From Zygnema circumcarinatum SAG 698-1b (lineage: Eukaryota; Plantae; Zygnematophyceae): a DNA stretch of 64,000 bases. Shown here piece after piece: positions 37,415-53,100 of the stretch. The translations under genes and the position numbers were made by a program. How positions within the stretch are numbered: the first letter of the stretch is position 1; every line of letters begins with the position of its first letter. The DNA lies in the NCBI GenBank assembly GCA_037447605.1, contig CM074807.1, positions 3,422,829 through 3,486,828 on the forward strand, written 5' to 3'. Below the pieces are notes generated by a model. It was not told the DNA's origin and ran no database searches. It was given only the letters and a program-made list of their open reading frames with translations.

Positions 37415-39603
37415 TCAAGAAGACTTGTGAGTGGAAATAATGGGTTCATCCTTTTCGTCAAGGATGTTGGTATCCAAAATTTCCGATATGGGAATTTCCA
37501 GGTCCTCCGCCAGCAGCTCTGATTGACTTATCTGTTCTGCATCTGCTGATAGGGAGGACCCTAATCTTGGCCCCTCCTCTACCTTGTCAGGCTCTACCTC
37601 GCTTCTACTCAAGAAAGAAAAGTAGCGAGCTTTTACCGCATTCCCTTTTCTGCTCACCAGTTAAAAAGAGGAACAGAAACAGTCAAGTGAGTGGTAAAAC
37701 AAGCTAAAGAGTCACAGAAGCAAGTGATGATGATGTACTCTAAGATTCATCATCATTCCCTTCACGGCACTTCATCAGTATAGGTCTTTCATAAGAACAG
37801 TAGCCAAACATCATTTAACTCATCAATCATCTGCCGTGTAAGTGACAGGATTCTCTTAGCGAAAATCAGATGTAAATAAAGACTGCAGCTGTACCTGCAG
37901 GGGAAGTTTTTCGTGATATTTGTCCAGACCCCTTTCTCGTCATGGAACAGCCTAAGCAGATTTGCGTCTTCCTCTTCAGTCCATGGCGGCTCACTCACTG
38001 ATGATCTACCTGAAGTTCAGCCACCAAAACCAGCTTCAAAATCAACGTGAGAAAGAGAAGTCTACTTCAATAATCACAAAACAAACCTCAAAAAGTGAAT
38101 GGAAGACTTCACTCTGCTCGTGCAAGCGATAAACAAGTAGGCATCCTCAGAAATGCCATCCACGGATCAGCAAAACTCCAAACCTTTCAAGATTGTGTGC
38201 CAAAAGTTTGTCACGCTTCAAGAATAGTGAACAATTAAGTAGAAATGGAGCAGCAAAAGATAACATGACTTAGAACAAGACTGCAAGATAAAGGTCTAAA
38301 ATGCTTAGTTCTGCCATCTAGCAGCTGCTTACCTTCATCAGCTTGCTCTTCATCCTCATTGTCACGATCATTTTCATCGGCTACTTTCAAAGGGGACACG
38401 TCCTCCATTATCACTTTTTCACTAACTCCGGTTGCCACCGACTTTTCTCGTTCTTCTTCAGCATTCTCGTCACGTGTTCCCACCAATGTCATCTCAACAT
38501 TGTCTTCACGTATCCTTTCCAATGTCTCCAAGAATTCCAACTTTACCGCTACTCCACCGTCCGGCTGCCTCTGCTCCTCTGTCTTCTTTTCAACCGTTTC
38601 AAGTTCCAATGAAGGGGGAGGATCTGACGAAGAAAGAGAAGTAAGCGGCTTATTTGTTGCAGGAGAGGGTACAGGTTGACTCTGATGAACAATTGATGCG
38701 GCAGCAGGAGCTGATTCTGCAGCTGAGGGAGTGGGAGCTGCTGTGGGAGCAGAGGGTATAGAAGGAGGGAGTTGGAGATTTCTTGCAATGGCGGCATTGA
38801 TTGGAGCAGGATGCGTATCTGAATGAGAGGGTGCAGGGAGAATAGAGGGAGCAGCGGGACTTTTAGGCACACTCGGGGTAGGAGCTGATATCGATGTTAA
38901 TTTGGGAAGGGAAGGGGAAGGCGACGGGAGTGAAGCAGATTTCAAGCTGGTCGTAGCTTTAGTTGCTTTAGCTTGAGAGCTTGTGGAAGAAGAACCTGCA
39001 AAGCCAACCTCCCACTTGTCAGGGAAGCTTCATTCTTTTTTTGCAAAGCATCCATACAGCAGTTCATCAACCATGTATTGGCTTGCAATCAGACACTCTT
39101 CGACTTTGAATTTAGTCTGTTAAGATTGCGAAATTAAGTCAAACAAAGCACCTCCAGTGCTAAAAGTTGTGAAAGAAGGGAATCAAAGCAAAGAAACCAG
39201 TTGTACCACATTTCCAAACCCTACTCCTGACCACACAGCCTTCGAATTGCAAACGAATAAGCAAAAAAACGATGCAGAACAACGTGAATCCGAGATCTTG
39301 ACAGGTAAACAAATTCTGCGCGCAACACCAGCAGGAACATACCAAAAAAGTGCTGCAAAAAACAGGCAAACTGAACCATCTTTGATCCATACCAGCTATT
39401 GCAACTGGTTGCTGAGTAGTAGGCTTCTTTCCAAGAGGAGGAACCTTAGCAAATGGTAAAGTCCACTCATAAAACTCCTCTGGTGTGCTGCCAATGGAGG
39501 GGACAGCCCAGTGCTCAGCCATGTGCTGCTGCAGGGACAGCATCTGCGAGACAGTATACAGCTCCGATGCAGATGCAACCTTTCTCTTCTTTGTGCGAGC
39601 CAT
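37415..39603 (-). CDS. Single Myb/SANT-repeat protein with Pro/Ser-rich linker
   Basis: ATG at 39603 (MARTKKRK, NLS-like). PWTEEEDANLLRLFHDEKGVWTNITKNFPCR is spliced to KGNAVKARYFSFL, giving one Myb repeat. Confidence 0.75.
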
Positions 39604-40049
39604 GGCTAATACCTTCCTTCTGTATCCTTCCAATTCTAACTCGCCCTATCAAGCCCTGCAAGTCAAAGCTCCAAATGTTCTGCAGCTTCGGAAATGGGCG
39701 CAGGGAGACATGGTCCGCTCGAACTTCAGGGTCGCTTCCAAGATTAAGAAGGAATGGGGGGAAGCGAACAGGGGATGGGATGAGTCATGAGCGGACCATG
39801 TCGCTTTGAATTCTTCTTGAAGCTTCGGTGCTCGGAGGCCAAAGCGTCTTACAGGAGCGCTAATATCTTTCTAGAAAGAAGAGTCTTGACGTATTTTACG
39901 ATAGACCTGCATGTTGAATGAAGGAGCCTCGTAAAGAGACGAGAGGCGGCTGGATATTGTGGCACTACCTAAGCATTGTAGACAGTACTACTCAACAGCT
40001 GTATTTTGCAGGCTACTTAGAGAAAAGGAAGTTTTTGTAGTTGCAAGAT

Positions 40050-41736
40050 ATGGCAGCTACTTGTGCTGAGGATATTGAAGAGCTGCAAGCGCTGCTTGCT
40101 CAAGCTAAGAGGCCTCGCGTGCAAAAGCTGCTCAGCGATGAACTCAGCAACCTGAAAAAGGTGTGCTGTCAAAACTGTAAAATCAAATCATTTCTTCCAT
40201 ATGATACAGCTTGTCTCGAAAATAGGTGTAAGGATGTCATGTCTTCAGCAGACCCCAAGCTTTTTGGCTATGTATGAGTGAGCAAAATGAAATGGCTGCT
40301 TCTACCGTCGCTGCAGCCTCTAACCTTTTCAGGTTCAGTATGGTTGAAGCTGTTCCTTTACCGCAGGATGCCTGATCTTTGCTTTCCTTTCCGCTGTTGA
40401 AGAAAGCTCATAAATACGTCATCATAGTTAGTAATTTTTCGAGATAGTTCTTTGGAATGGAATGGATCAATTATGTCTGAGAGTATCTGCGAACGCAGCG
40501 TATGATTGTGATGAAGTTTTCTCGACTAATAATGTCTCTTTGAAACTTGGTGGAGTATTACATACTTCAGATTGACGAGCAGACGAAACCAAGCATAGCA
40601 ACACAAAAACCTGTTCTTTTGGAACGAACTTCAGCGACTCCACATATTACATATAGCACCATCCCAAGCTTTTCGTGGGATCAAGACGATGAAAGAGTCA
40701 AGGTATGTGCCCGCTCTTGCAGGTTTCGTTTTACATTTGCTCTTCACGCTATATCTACAAAGTAGACTTTGCGGATTATTGCTTTCCCGACTAAGATGGT
40801 CGCGGCTGTAATTCTTGCAGATATACCTATCTTTGGAAGGTGCTTCGTCGGAAAAGCTGAATGCAGATTTTGGACCACAGTCGTTTGATTTGAAGATTCA
40901 TGATGTTAGCGGAAAGAATTACAGATACGCTATTCCAAAGCTGAGCAAGCACATTGACGCCAACCAAAGCAAGGTCATTGTAAAGCCAAAACGAATTATC
41001 GTGAGCTTGAAGAAGAAGGATTGGGGCAACTGGTTTGACCTGCAATACAAGGAGAGTACGGTGGGTGCTCGCTTTCTTTGGAAACTTAACTGCTACTTTT
41101 GTTTACATGTTGAGCTTCACTTCACATTCGCAAAGATTTCAGTTTTAATCAGCATTTTGCCGTATTTCAATCCTTTTAGTCCCTGCGAAAGAATCACGGA
41201 GGGGCATTCTGTAACAGAATTAATATGTGTTGTTGTATTGTTTGGAGGAGCAGTTCAAACCGAAAGTTGGTGATGACAACAAAGACCCAATGGGGGGAAT
41301 TATGGACCTAATGAAGGTAACGTTTTTGCAATTCCGCCCTCATTTGTATTCTCGGGTGATTAATTGCTTCGTTTTACCGCAAGTTGAAGGTGATGAAGTC
41401 CGAATACTGAGTAGAAGTTTTACTGCTTATTACCTCTCGTTTGGTTAGATGTGTATATACAAGACGATAGCCAGCAAGAAAATGTACACCAGTCACCAGT
41501 CAGTCGTTCATTTTCTGACAGTGTTTCCTTCATTCTTAGAGCTTGCCTAAGCTCGCTTGAATCTGCTGCTACAGAGTTCTGGCCATGAATTAACAGCAGG
41601 GCTCGTTGCGGCATATTTACAGAACATGTACGACGAGGGCGATGAGGACATGAAGCGGACAATCGCAAAGGCGTGGTCTGATGCGCGGTCAGGCAAAAAA
41701 GCCAATCCAATGAGCGACTTCCAGTCAGATATCTAG
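40050..41736 (+). CDS. CACYBP: Calcyclin-binding protein / Siah-interacting protein (Siah-interact N, CS, SGS domains)
   Basis: Exons 40050-40160, 40571-40702, 40821-41060, 41254-41316 and 41623-41736. Motifs DIEELQALLAQAKRPRVQKLL, FSWDQDDERVKIYLSL, FDLKIHDVSGKNY and DPMGGIMDLMKNMYDEGDEDMKRTIAKAW. Confidence 0.93.
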
Positions 41737-42968
41737 TCATCTCTCTCTCGCTCTCTCTCTTTTTCACTCTCTTTCTCTCTCCCTTCCCCCTCCCTCCCTC
41801 TCTCCCTCCCACAAACCAATGCCTTCACCACTGGAATGTATGTGGTTAGACCAGGCACGTTTCTTTGACACATCACTGTGCCACAGGACAGTGAACATCA
41901 GTGGAGATACGACCCAGTTTTGCTTGCAATGAGCTTTTGTAAAGGTGGCGATAGGAGATTCAGTAAGGGGCAGGTTACAAGCGAAGGGCAATAGTTGTCC
42001 CTTTTTAGATTTAGGGTCTTTTCCCGGTGCTCAGTGAGTGAGCACAATAGAGCGGACTGAGAGCACAGTGATGAAGTGCAGCTCACAATAGAGTGTCCCC
42101 TTGCTGGTGGTGGGTGTAGGGGATTAGGAGTCTGAGACCTCGTCAGGGCTTTGCATGTGATGCCTATATCAGGAAAAAAGTTCCTTACGTTCTTTTGCAT
42201 TTCTTCTTGTGTAGGTCTCTCTCTCTTTTTCTCTCTCCCCCCCCTCTCTTTCTCTCCCTCTCTGAGTGTTGTATGGATTACTGACTTTACCATGCTTTGC
42301 TCCTCCTCTCAAGGTCTGACTCTATGCATAGACTCATGGCCATACATCTGATGGACACATACATGCCCCATGCAGCCATATCCCTGTTCTGACATGATAT
42401 CATATGCCGCCGTGCCATGCCATGTCGGGTCAAACACAAAGTGAAATTAAGCAATTCTTTACTGCGGGTGCTTTTGTGCATCCATTCAGCGTCATCGCTC
42501 TACAGGCTTGAAAGACATACAAATGCTACTCACTGTAATTGGCTCTAAGATTTTACAATTGCGAAACCAGTCGCAGTGTGGAGCTAATCTTGTATTCGTC
42601 TGACTACTTAGAAATGCAAGCTCTTCTGCCATCATTCCCTTAAGCATCAAGCAGGAGGAGAGAGAGGGGGCGAGGGAGAGGGTGAGGGAGAAAGAAAGGG
42701 AGAGGGAGAGGGAGAGGGAGCGGCTACCTCGTTTCCTATTGACCCCAACAATCGAAGCACTTTGCCCAGTGAACATAGTTTCAAGGTTCGCATATGAAGG
42801 GAAATATTACTAACCCTAAAAAAAGGGGACCGTGGGATCTCACACACTTGAATGTGACGTGACTATTCAGAGAAAAAAAATCGGTTATGTGGGTGCAGGA
42901 GACTTTGAGCTGTATTTAGCCTTACTTATTTTATTACTTATTATTATTATTATTTTTATGCATTGGCA

Positions 42969-45106
<2,138 letters not shown>

Positions 45107-46208
45107 GGGGGGGCTCCTCCAGGGCGAGAAGGTAGGCGGGTTGGGAGGAGACAAGGGCGGGGGGGAATGCTCAGAGCTCAGAAGATGTGAGAGAGTGCGC
45201 GAGAGAGTAATGGATGGATGAATGGGCCTTTTTCCTCCATGCCTCCTTCCTCGAGGTGAGTATCGACGAATGGGGGCTCGCCAAGTGGACAGAAGGGCAG
45301 ACGTGGCAAATCGGCATTGGCTGATGGGGCCATATGGAAGCCAAGAGGCAGGTTCTCGTCACAAGAGCATGGAAAGAGCGCGTTGAGCGATCTCCGTTCC
45401 CGTTTAACGGCGGTGTCGTTGGAGAAGGGCGCTGTGAGCCGTTGGATGTGAGCGTGTGAGTTCTTTCGGAGTCATTGAGGGATGCAAAGAACGGCTGAAG
45501 AGAAGTAGATGGAGGGAGGAAGTGAAGCATTGAGAAGGGGAGGGTGGAGGGGTTGGAGGTAGCAGGAGGCAGTACCTTACTTTAAGAGAAGGTTTCACTT
45601 TACAAAATTATTTGATTTATTCATTTGCACGAGGAGAAAAAGAAAATCGATGGAAAGGGAGAGGTTCAGCGCCTGCACAAGTAACCTTCCTAGTTCTGCA
45701 TTCTGCTCCTTTGCTTCCCTGAAATTCTAAAAGCGAAAAACACAGTTCCTATACTCTTTTAAAAAAAATTGTTGCTGAACAGTCATTGGAATACCATGCA
45801 ACCGTCACCCTAATACATCTTCGAATTTCTATATTCCTAAAAGCTAGAACCTAACTGTACATATAACTTTAACAATCTGTCGGTTTTGTGAAGCCACAAC
45901 TCAGTACCATGAGCATATTTTTTCGATGACGTCACTCCCTTCGGTATTGCGGTTTCTTCGTACAACCCATTTCTATAGTTCCAATTACCAAAATGTCTCT
46001 CTGCGGTTGGAATGGCTCTCTCTTTCTCCCTCTCTCTGAGGCTCTGGACCCTTAACTCTCTCCCCTTATCGGACACTCTCTCTCCCTCGTCCCTCGCTCC
46101 CCTCCTTCCCCCCTCTCCCTTCTCCCTTCTCCCTTTCTTTCCCCCTTTCCCACACACCCTCCCCCCCCAACCTCCTCCCTTCCTCCTCCCCCCCCCACTT
46201 CCTCTCCT

Positions 46209-46550
46209 TTATTTGGCCTTGGATGAGAGCCATCGAGCTGCCAAATGGTCCCCATAGAGTGTGACCCGCAAGGTACTGACTTCAAGTTCAAAAACGGCGC
46301 CCTTTTTCGGAATCACTGCATAGAATCAGTGAAAAAGAAATTACTCAAAATAGAACAAACCAATCGAAACCCTCGATTTATTATCGAAAGAGAATGTAAA
46401 ATAAATCCGAGAAACTTTGCGACATAGAATCTGCAAATCCCTGAAACACCCCAACCCTGAGCACTAGGCGCCAAAACCCTCGACCTACGAAACTTCAAAT
46501 CTCCCAGTGCAGAGGGCGGAAGAGAGAGAGAGAGGGAGAGGGGGGGAGGG

Positions 46551-46631
<81 letters not shown>

Positions 46632-46652
46632 GGAACAAGAGAGAGAGAGAAC

Positions 46653-46697
<45 letters not shown>

Positions 46698-49419
46698 GAG
46701 AAGAGAGGAGAGAGAAGAGGAGAGAGGGGGGGAACAAGTGAATTAAGATGTTTACTTTTTATGGAGCTCTGGAGAGTGATGAGATGGAAAGCCTGGCGAC
46801 TGTCTCTCACAACTATTCCGTTGGCAGCCACAAGAACGGGGTCCTTTGCTCGCACAACTGCACAAAAATGAAAAAAAAGAAGATAAAATAAGAGGAACAT
46901 AATGAAATGACACGCTGACAAGGAAGACATGCTCACAAGTTTCTTTGGAAAAACTTTATGCAACACGTTCTTTAAGGACTTGAAGCACTCATGAATTGGG
47001 GCTTTGGGAAGGGCCGTTATCAGGGTTTAGAAAACCCACCAGTAAGAATCGCCCCGTGAAGATCGGCAGTCAGCAGTCTCGCGCTGAGCACAGAGTCACT
47101 GTCCCACCTCCCACTTTTATAAGCACAGGAGGGGAGGGAGAGAGGAGGGCGGAGGAGGGAAGGGGGGGGTGGGTGGGAGAAGGTGGAGGTGGGGGGGGAG
47201 ATGGGGAGGGGGAGGGGTAGGGGGAGTTGAGGGGAGGGAAAGGACGGAGGAAGGGAGGAGGGAGGGAGGGAGGGAGGGAGGGAGGGAGGGAGGGAGGGAG
47301 GAGAGCACAACTGGGTGGGAGGGAGGTAAGGAGGGGGGGAGAGTGGGAGGCAGCAGGTCTCAACAGAACCCTAGCCCTAACAAAATCCTAAACCTGATAC
47401 TAAGAATTATTGGTCCTTCTTCCTTCGTGTTCAATTATCATCAGCTCCAATAGAGTCAGAAAAAAAAAAGAAAGGGGGCGGCAGGCAAAAAAATTACCTG
47501 CAGTTTGCGAGAATCTTTGCGATGTATTCCTTCCACATTTCATGAAGGGGGATATAAATTTCATACCTGCATTTTCCAAAAATCCTCCCAACAATAATAA
47601 AAAGCAGTTATTCCGAAACTTCATAAAGAACATGCCAAAATCAGAAAAAACCGGCAAAAATCAGTAAACAACAAAAGTAAAAAAAGAGGTATAATGGAAG
47701 CTAGACATTTTCTAAATGAACTGAACCAAACCCCAAAACTAGAATAAAAAAAACTCCCAAACACCATTATCTCAGTTTCATCATTTCAACGCTTTCAATA
47801 AAAACCGAGACGATTCGAAACCCTAAAGAAAAGTTATCAGCATATATTACTCCACCGTCGAAGGTAGGGCGGAAAATTACCCAGGCAAGCAGCCAAACCC
47901 CCAGTACTATAAAACACAGAAACCGAAATAAACCAAATAAAGAATTGAAAAAAAAAAAATGCAACCGTCAACTCCGACAACTCCAACCCTGTCAAACCTT
48001 CAAACCTCCATCCCCTTCCCTCTCCCTTTAACCCTAACCCCAAAACAGAATGAATCGAAGCAAGCATAGAGAAAGCTAGGCCCTTTACTTCTGCAAATCC
48101 CGCGGGATGCTGAATGTACCCAGCCGGCGGTGCTCCGAGAGAGTCATGTGCCCCTCCCACCGCCTCCCTTTGGCTCTCTCCTCCCTCCTCCTCCCTCTCT
48201 CCCTCTCTCTCCCGCTCTCTTTCTCCCCCCCCGGGTTGTGCAGCAGCACCACCCTCCGCTCCACCTTGCTCTGCAGAACGCTTCCTGCGTCGCCCACTTT
48301 GGAATTGCTCTCCAGAAGGCTCCGCAGGAGGCCCTGAACCCCCGCCTCCGGGCTGCGGCCCTGCACCCGTCCCTCGGGGGCGAGAAGGGTTCCGGGTTCA
48401 GGGGCTCGGGGGGGAAGGAGATCAGGGTGTAGGCTTCAGGTTCGAAATGTAGGGTTCAGGGTTCAGGGTTCAGGGTTCAGGGTCAGGGTCTGGGGTTCAG
48501 GGTTCAGGGTCTGGGGGTCAGGGTTCAGGGTCTGGGATTCAGGGTTCAGGGTCTGGGGGTCAGGGGTCAGGGTTTGGGGTTCAGGGTTCAGGGCCTAGGG
48601 TTCAGGGTCTGGGTTCAAGGTTCAAGGTTCAGGGTTCAGAGTTCAGGGTTCAGGGTTCAGGGTCTGGGGTTCAAGGTCTGCGGTTCAGGGTCTGAGCTTC
48701 AGGGTTCAGGGTCTGGGGTTCAGGTCCTGGGTTCAGGGTTCAGGGTTCAGGGTTCAGGGTTCAGGGTTCAGAGTGCAGGGTTCAGGGTTTGGGGTTCAGG
48801 TGCAGCCTATCCACCTGCAGGCTGACGGAGTCGAGGTCCTCCAAGAGGGATGTCGGGAGTCGAGCGTACACTGCATCTTCCAGGGAGTCTGCAGACGGCG
48901 GGGAGGGAGAGAACCCCTCAAAAGCACTCAAATGACCTTAAACCCTAAAAACCATAAACTTTGACATGCTCGATGGACTTCAAGTAATATACAATCCTGC
49001 AAAAGCCTTAACTTATCTATGAACTTTAAGTAAATCTTAATACGACGTAAAACCCTTCAATGACGACAAACCCTACAACGAACTGAGACTAGAATCCCGC
49101 CAGAGGCCAAAACCCTACCTGTTTCCGTCACCTCCTTCTGCGAACTTTCCGGTGTCTCCGCCGCCGAAAAAGTAGAGGCCCAACTTGCGCCACTCCTCTG
49201 CTGCCGCGTGTCTCCAGAGCCACTCCTCTGCTGCCACGTGTCCCCAGCGCCCGCCTTCCCCGCCACATATCCCCTCCTCTTCCCCCCTTCCCTTTCCGGC
49301 TGCGTTTTTAGGGTTTGCCCCCCCCTCCCCCCCGGCGAGAGCGGCTGCTTGCTCTGAATCCTCCTCTCCAGCGCCGCCAGCCGCCGGCTCTTGGAATCGG
49401 ATGGCGGAGCCGCCGCCAT
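46209..49419 (-). CDS. POP4: RNase P/MRP subunit POP4/RPP29
   Basis: Plant-type N-terminus RRLAALERR. Exons give HMTLSEHRRLGTFSIPRDLQK, YEIYIPLHEMWKEYI, LLTADLHGAILT, GIVVRDSRQAFHLIT and VIPKKGAVFELEVSTLRVTLYGDHL. Confidence 0.85.
48452..48800 (+). repeat. Telomere-variant (TTCAGGG/TCTGGGG)n array in a POP4 intron
   Basis: Dozens of gggttca units interspersed with gggtctg. Confidence 0.92.
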
Positions 49420-49485
49420 CGCGTCAAATAGACCTCCAGGGTTTAAGCGATCGGAAGGCTTAAGCCATCGGAGGGTTCAGGGGGA

Positions 49486-49517
<32 letters not shown>

Positions 49518-50180
49518 ATGGCATGGTGGGCGCTGCACATGTCGCGAACTCATGGCCAAGGATGGCGCCATGGCTGCTGCCGTACCATTTCTTACAATGA
49601 CAATGTACGGAAAATGTACAGAACATGTCAAGGAACATGCCACGTGGCGCTGGAACCACATCCAGGCAAGATTCTGCGGGGAGCAAGCAGGCGGCAGGCC
49701 CTGCCACGTGGCACGTAATTTTTTTTGGGTCACGGTCAGCTCCCAGATATTTGAGATTGGGCGGAGGATCAGTTTTAAGACCAGTTTTGTAATATGTTCT
49801 TTGCGGAATTGCACGAATATTTCGTACGAAGATTTGTACGGTCCTTTTTTCCCTGGTGCCTGCAACTCTTCTGAGGAGAGCAGGCAGCAGGGGGAGGTGG
49901 GGGGGAGCAGCTATGCAGCAACTGTATGCATTTGCTTGCAGGAATACCAATACGGTGAAAGGATTAGGGAGGAGATGTCTATATTTTAGGTCTTATTGAC
50001 TGCTGTGCTGCACTCTTCTTACTGCAGGGCGATTATCGAGGGTTGAGGAGCTAATTAATGGGCGCTGCGTTCATGTCACTACTGATCTTTACAAGCATTT
50101 GGTTTGGTTTGCCTCAGGCTCCTACTGTTAAGCAAACCTCTTGGAAGACCTTGAGCTGAATTGCAATCAGTGGAGGCTCA

Positions 50181-53100
50181 ATGTCAGTAGCCCTGGCTTA
50201 TCAGCTTATCCCTGGCTTGGTCAGGACATCCTGCGGTTCACCTGCAGTTCCGCATTCACTCTCTCAAAGCTCTCTAGTTGCGTCAGATTCTTGCAACTGT
50301 CAGCTTGAGAGATCTTCTAGCAATTCAGAGTTTCGTTTTGGTCGACCAAATCTAACCAAAGTTAAAGCTATTAACGTTACAATGCCTTGTTCCTTATCGA
50401 AAGCTCTTGCTTTGACTTCTATGGGTACTGCTCCTGCAAGAAGCCTTCACTTTTGCTACTGCAGCAAAATCTTGGATGAAGGATGGCTTTCTTCAGCTGG
50501 CTCTCTTAAAGTAACAACGTTTCGTGCTGGGCTAGCACAGTCATGGCGGCCTTTCTCGAGCAGTCTCTTCATGAGGAGCTTTCATGCAGGAAGTCCTAAA
50601 ACGGGTCGCTCTGAGGCTGTACTTGAAGAAGAAACTTTTCCTCCTTCAACAAACGAAGTTCTTCTTCCGGAATTCAATCATCTGCAACTAGTTTTAGACT
50701 TGCCAATGAACGAGTCAGTCTCCGACAGTGCTCAGCTGGATGTAGGCTCTGCTCAGTTCAGTGCATCTATATCGACTTATCCACCGGCACTCGAGGCAGT
50801 GGAAATGGCAGATGCATCTTCAGGAGTATCTGAGACTCCTGCTGAATGTTTAGCTACTTCAACTTCAGCTGGAAGGAGCTTAATCTCGCCTCCATCGTTT
50901 GTAGAGACAAGTATTTCAGAGGCTGGAGGTGCTGATTTCGTAGCTTTTGATGAAAGCAGCACTGCTGTAGCAAAAGGTTTGACAAGTCAAGGGAAGCAAG
51001 GGGATTCCAAGCAAGAAACGAAGGACTTGCTTGAGGATATGGAGGAGCTTATATTTGATACGAATGGACTGGAATTAAGGAGTGCAGCCATAGCAGTCGG
51101 AAAGAGACATGATCCACATTTCTTGGCTCCCCTTGGACGGAAGAGACACCTTCCTCTCCTTCTTTACCTTCCAGGACTGGATGCAACTGTGAGTGCCTTT
51201 TGTCATGTTTCTCTTTTTTATCTTTTGCTCATCTTTCATTTTCGTCGCAAGATCCTCTCCTCCCCTTCCCCTGTTGCTTTTGTTTCTAATGAAACCTTAT
51301 CTCTTTTTCTTCTCCTCAAGCAACACGGTTTGGACTGTGTTCAGTGAGTGATGTTCTCAAAGTCACGACGTTTGAATCTCTCACAAGAAAACAAGCTTTC
51401 TGGCGCGTTCTCGCTTCTTTTAGTTCTTTTTAGTGAATACTCCAAAACCCTTACTCGTCGTTTGACGCTTGGCTTGAGCAGGGACTATTCTTGGACTGCC
51501 AACTTTCCAGACTTTCGGATTCGTATGATATTCGATGCATGGCAATCCCACCCACAGCATTGAAATCGTATGCAGATCTCGCAGCTAGGTGAGCACAGTG
51601 GTTCGATTTTTTCCTTGTTTTGACACACAGTAGGAGAGTCATGGTGGTCGAAGAGAAAAGCACATAAAGGAGAAAGGGACGATGGGAGACGGAGGAAGTC
51701 ACAAAAAGGTAAATAGATGAGTGATACTAAAGACATAGAGGGTCAAAGACGACGAATGCTATTTTTGCAGCAGCGCGTTGACACGTCACACATAATGAAT
51801 AATGATCAGGATTAATGCAGCTTGGTTTTTGCACACACGTCTCAGCTTAGAGCAGCAGGATGGGTGCTTTGCGAGAAAATGTCAGTTTATGCTGACTTGT
51901 GTCCTAGGCCTCGGGGTCTTTTGGAGCCAGGGCTGCAGCTCTCATCCGATACGAAGGATCTTTACAAATGAAAAGCGATTCTGCTCCCAATGATGGTCGC
52001 CCTTCAACGCTGCAAATGCCTGTAACTGTTGTCGCAGAGTCCTTCGGAGCTGGCATAGGAATTGAGCTTGCAGCCAATCATCCCGACCTTGTGCAATACC
52101 TTGTGTTGGTCAACAGGTGGTACTCATCTCTATTATTTAATTACTTGACTACAGGGGTGTCCTCCTTTTCATGTGAAATTCATTCGAGGTAGAAAAGATG
52201 ATAGTGGAGGCTGCTGATGTTTTGGCTTTCAAGTTGTGGTCATAGTCCACCAATTTGAGTGCTGTAAGAGCATACAATAACGGTGTTGTAAAAGCTCAAT
52301 GGTTTCGACCGCCATTGCTTCATGATGTCGCTTTGGAAAAGGAGCCTTCGTGTAATGGAGGTATAAGAAAAAGCACTGGACAACTTCGTCTTGCTGTTTT
52401 ACAGCCCCGTTAGACTATTCGGAGAGTTCTATATATATATGTATGCGGAATGCTTCACGGTGTGTCTGCTGTAAATCGAATATGCACGTCATGACCAGGT
52501 TGTTGTAGTAATCTGCATTTTTTTATTCTTTATCTTCACTTTTTTTCATCTTGTCACCCCCTTTCCTTTTGAGCAAATTTTGTATCTTCCAGGGAGTAAT
52601 TTAGCCTAATCTGAGACATTGCTTGTCCCCATATTTTCCAACAGTGGGAGCGGAATACGGCGACAGCCAGCATTGATGTATGGCTCCCTCCTGGTGGGTC
52701 ATCTCGCTTTCCTGTCAGAATAAGGTCTGAGCTTGCATACAATATGATTTATTTTTCCTGGCAATCGATTCTTGGGTCTTTGTTCTGTCAAAAAGCCTCC
52801 TCTCGGGAGGAATTGTCAATGTTTTGTGTACTGAATGTTTCTCGTATTTAAGGCCGAGGAGCTGAAGGTGATCTTTAGCTCTTGTAGGTAATGGGCATGC
52901 GTTCTAGGAAAGGAGGAGACATGAAGTTGTTGATATTGACTGCTTTATATCCATTGCCATCTACTGTTACCTATCCATTGCTTACTACCGCTATTGATCT
53001 ACTGCTGTCTTCCACTGCTATCTGCATGTAGTGTTTATGACGTATGTGTAGATGTTCGTTTGAACTATGGGTCCGAAGGGCAGGTACCCTTCACCCCATC

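Noticed and set aside
40050-41736. CACYBP 'SGS' domain as part of the silencing cluster
   Set aside because: SGS here means SGT1-specific and is unrelated to SGS3; no evidence of a functional link.
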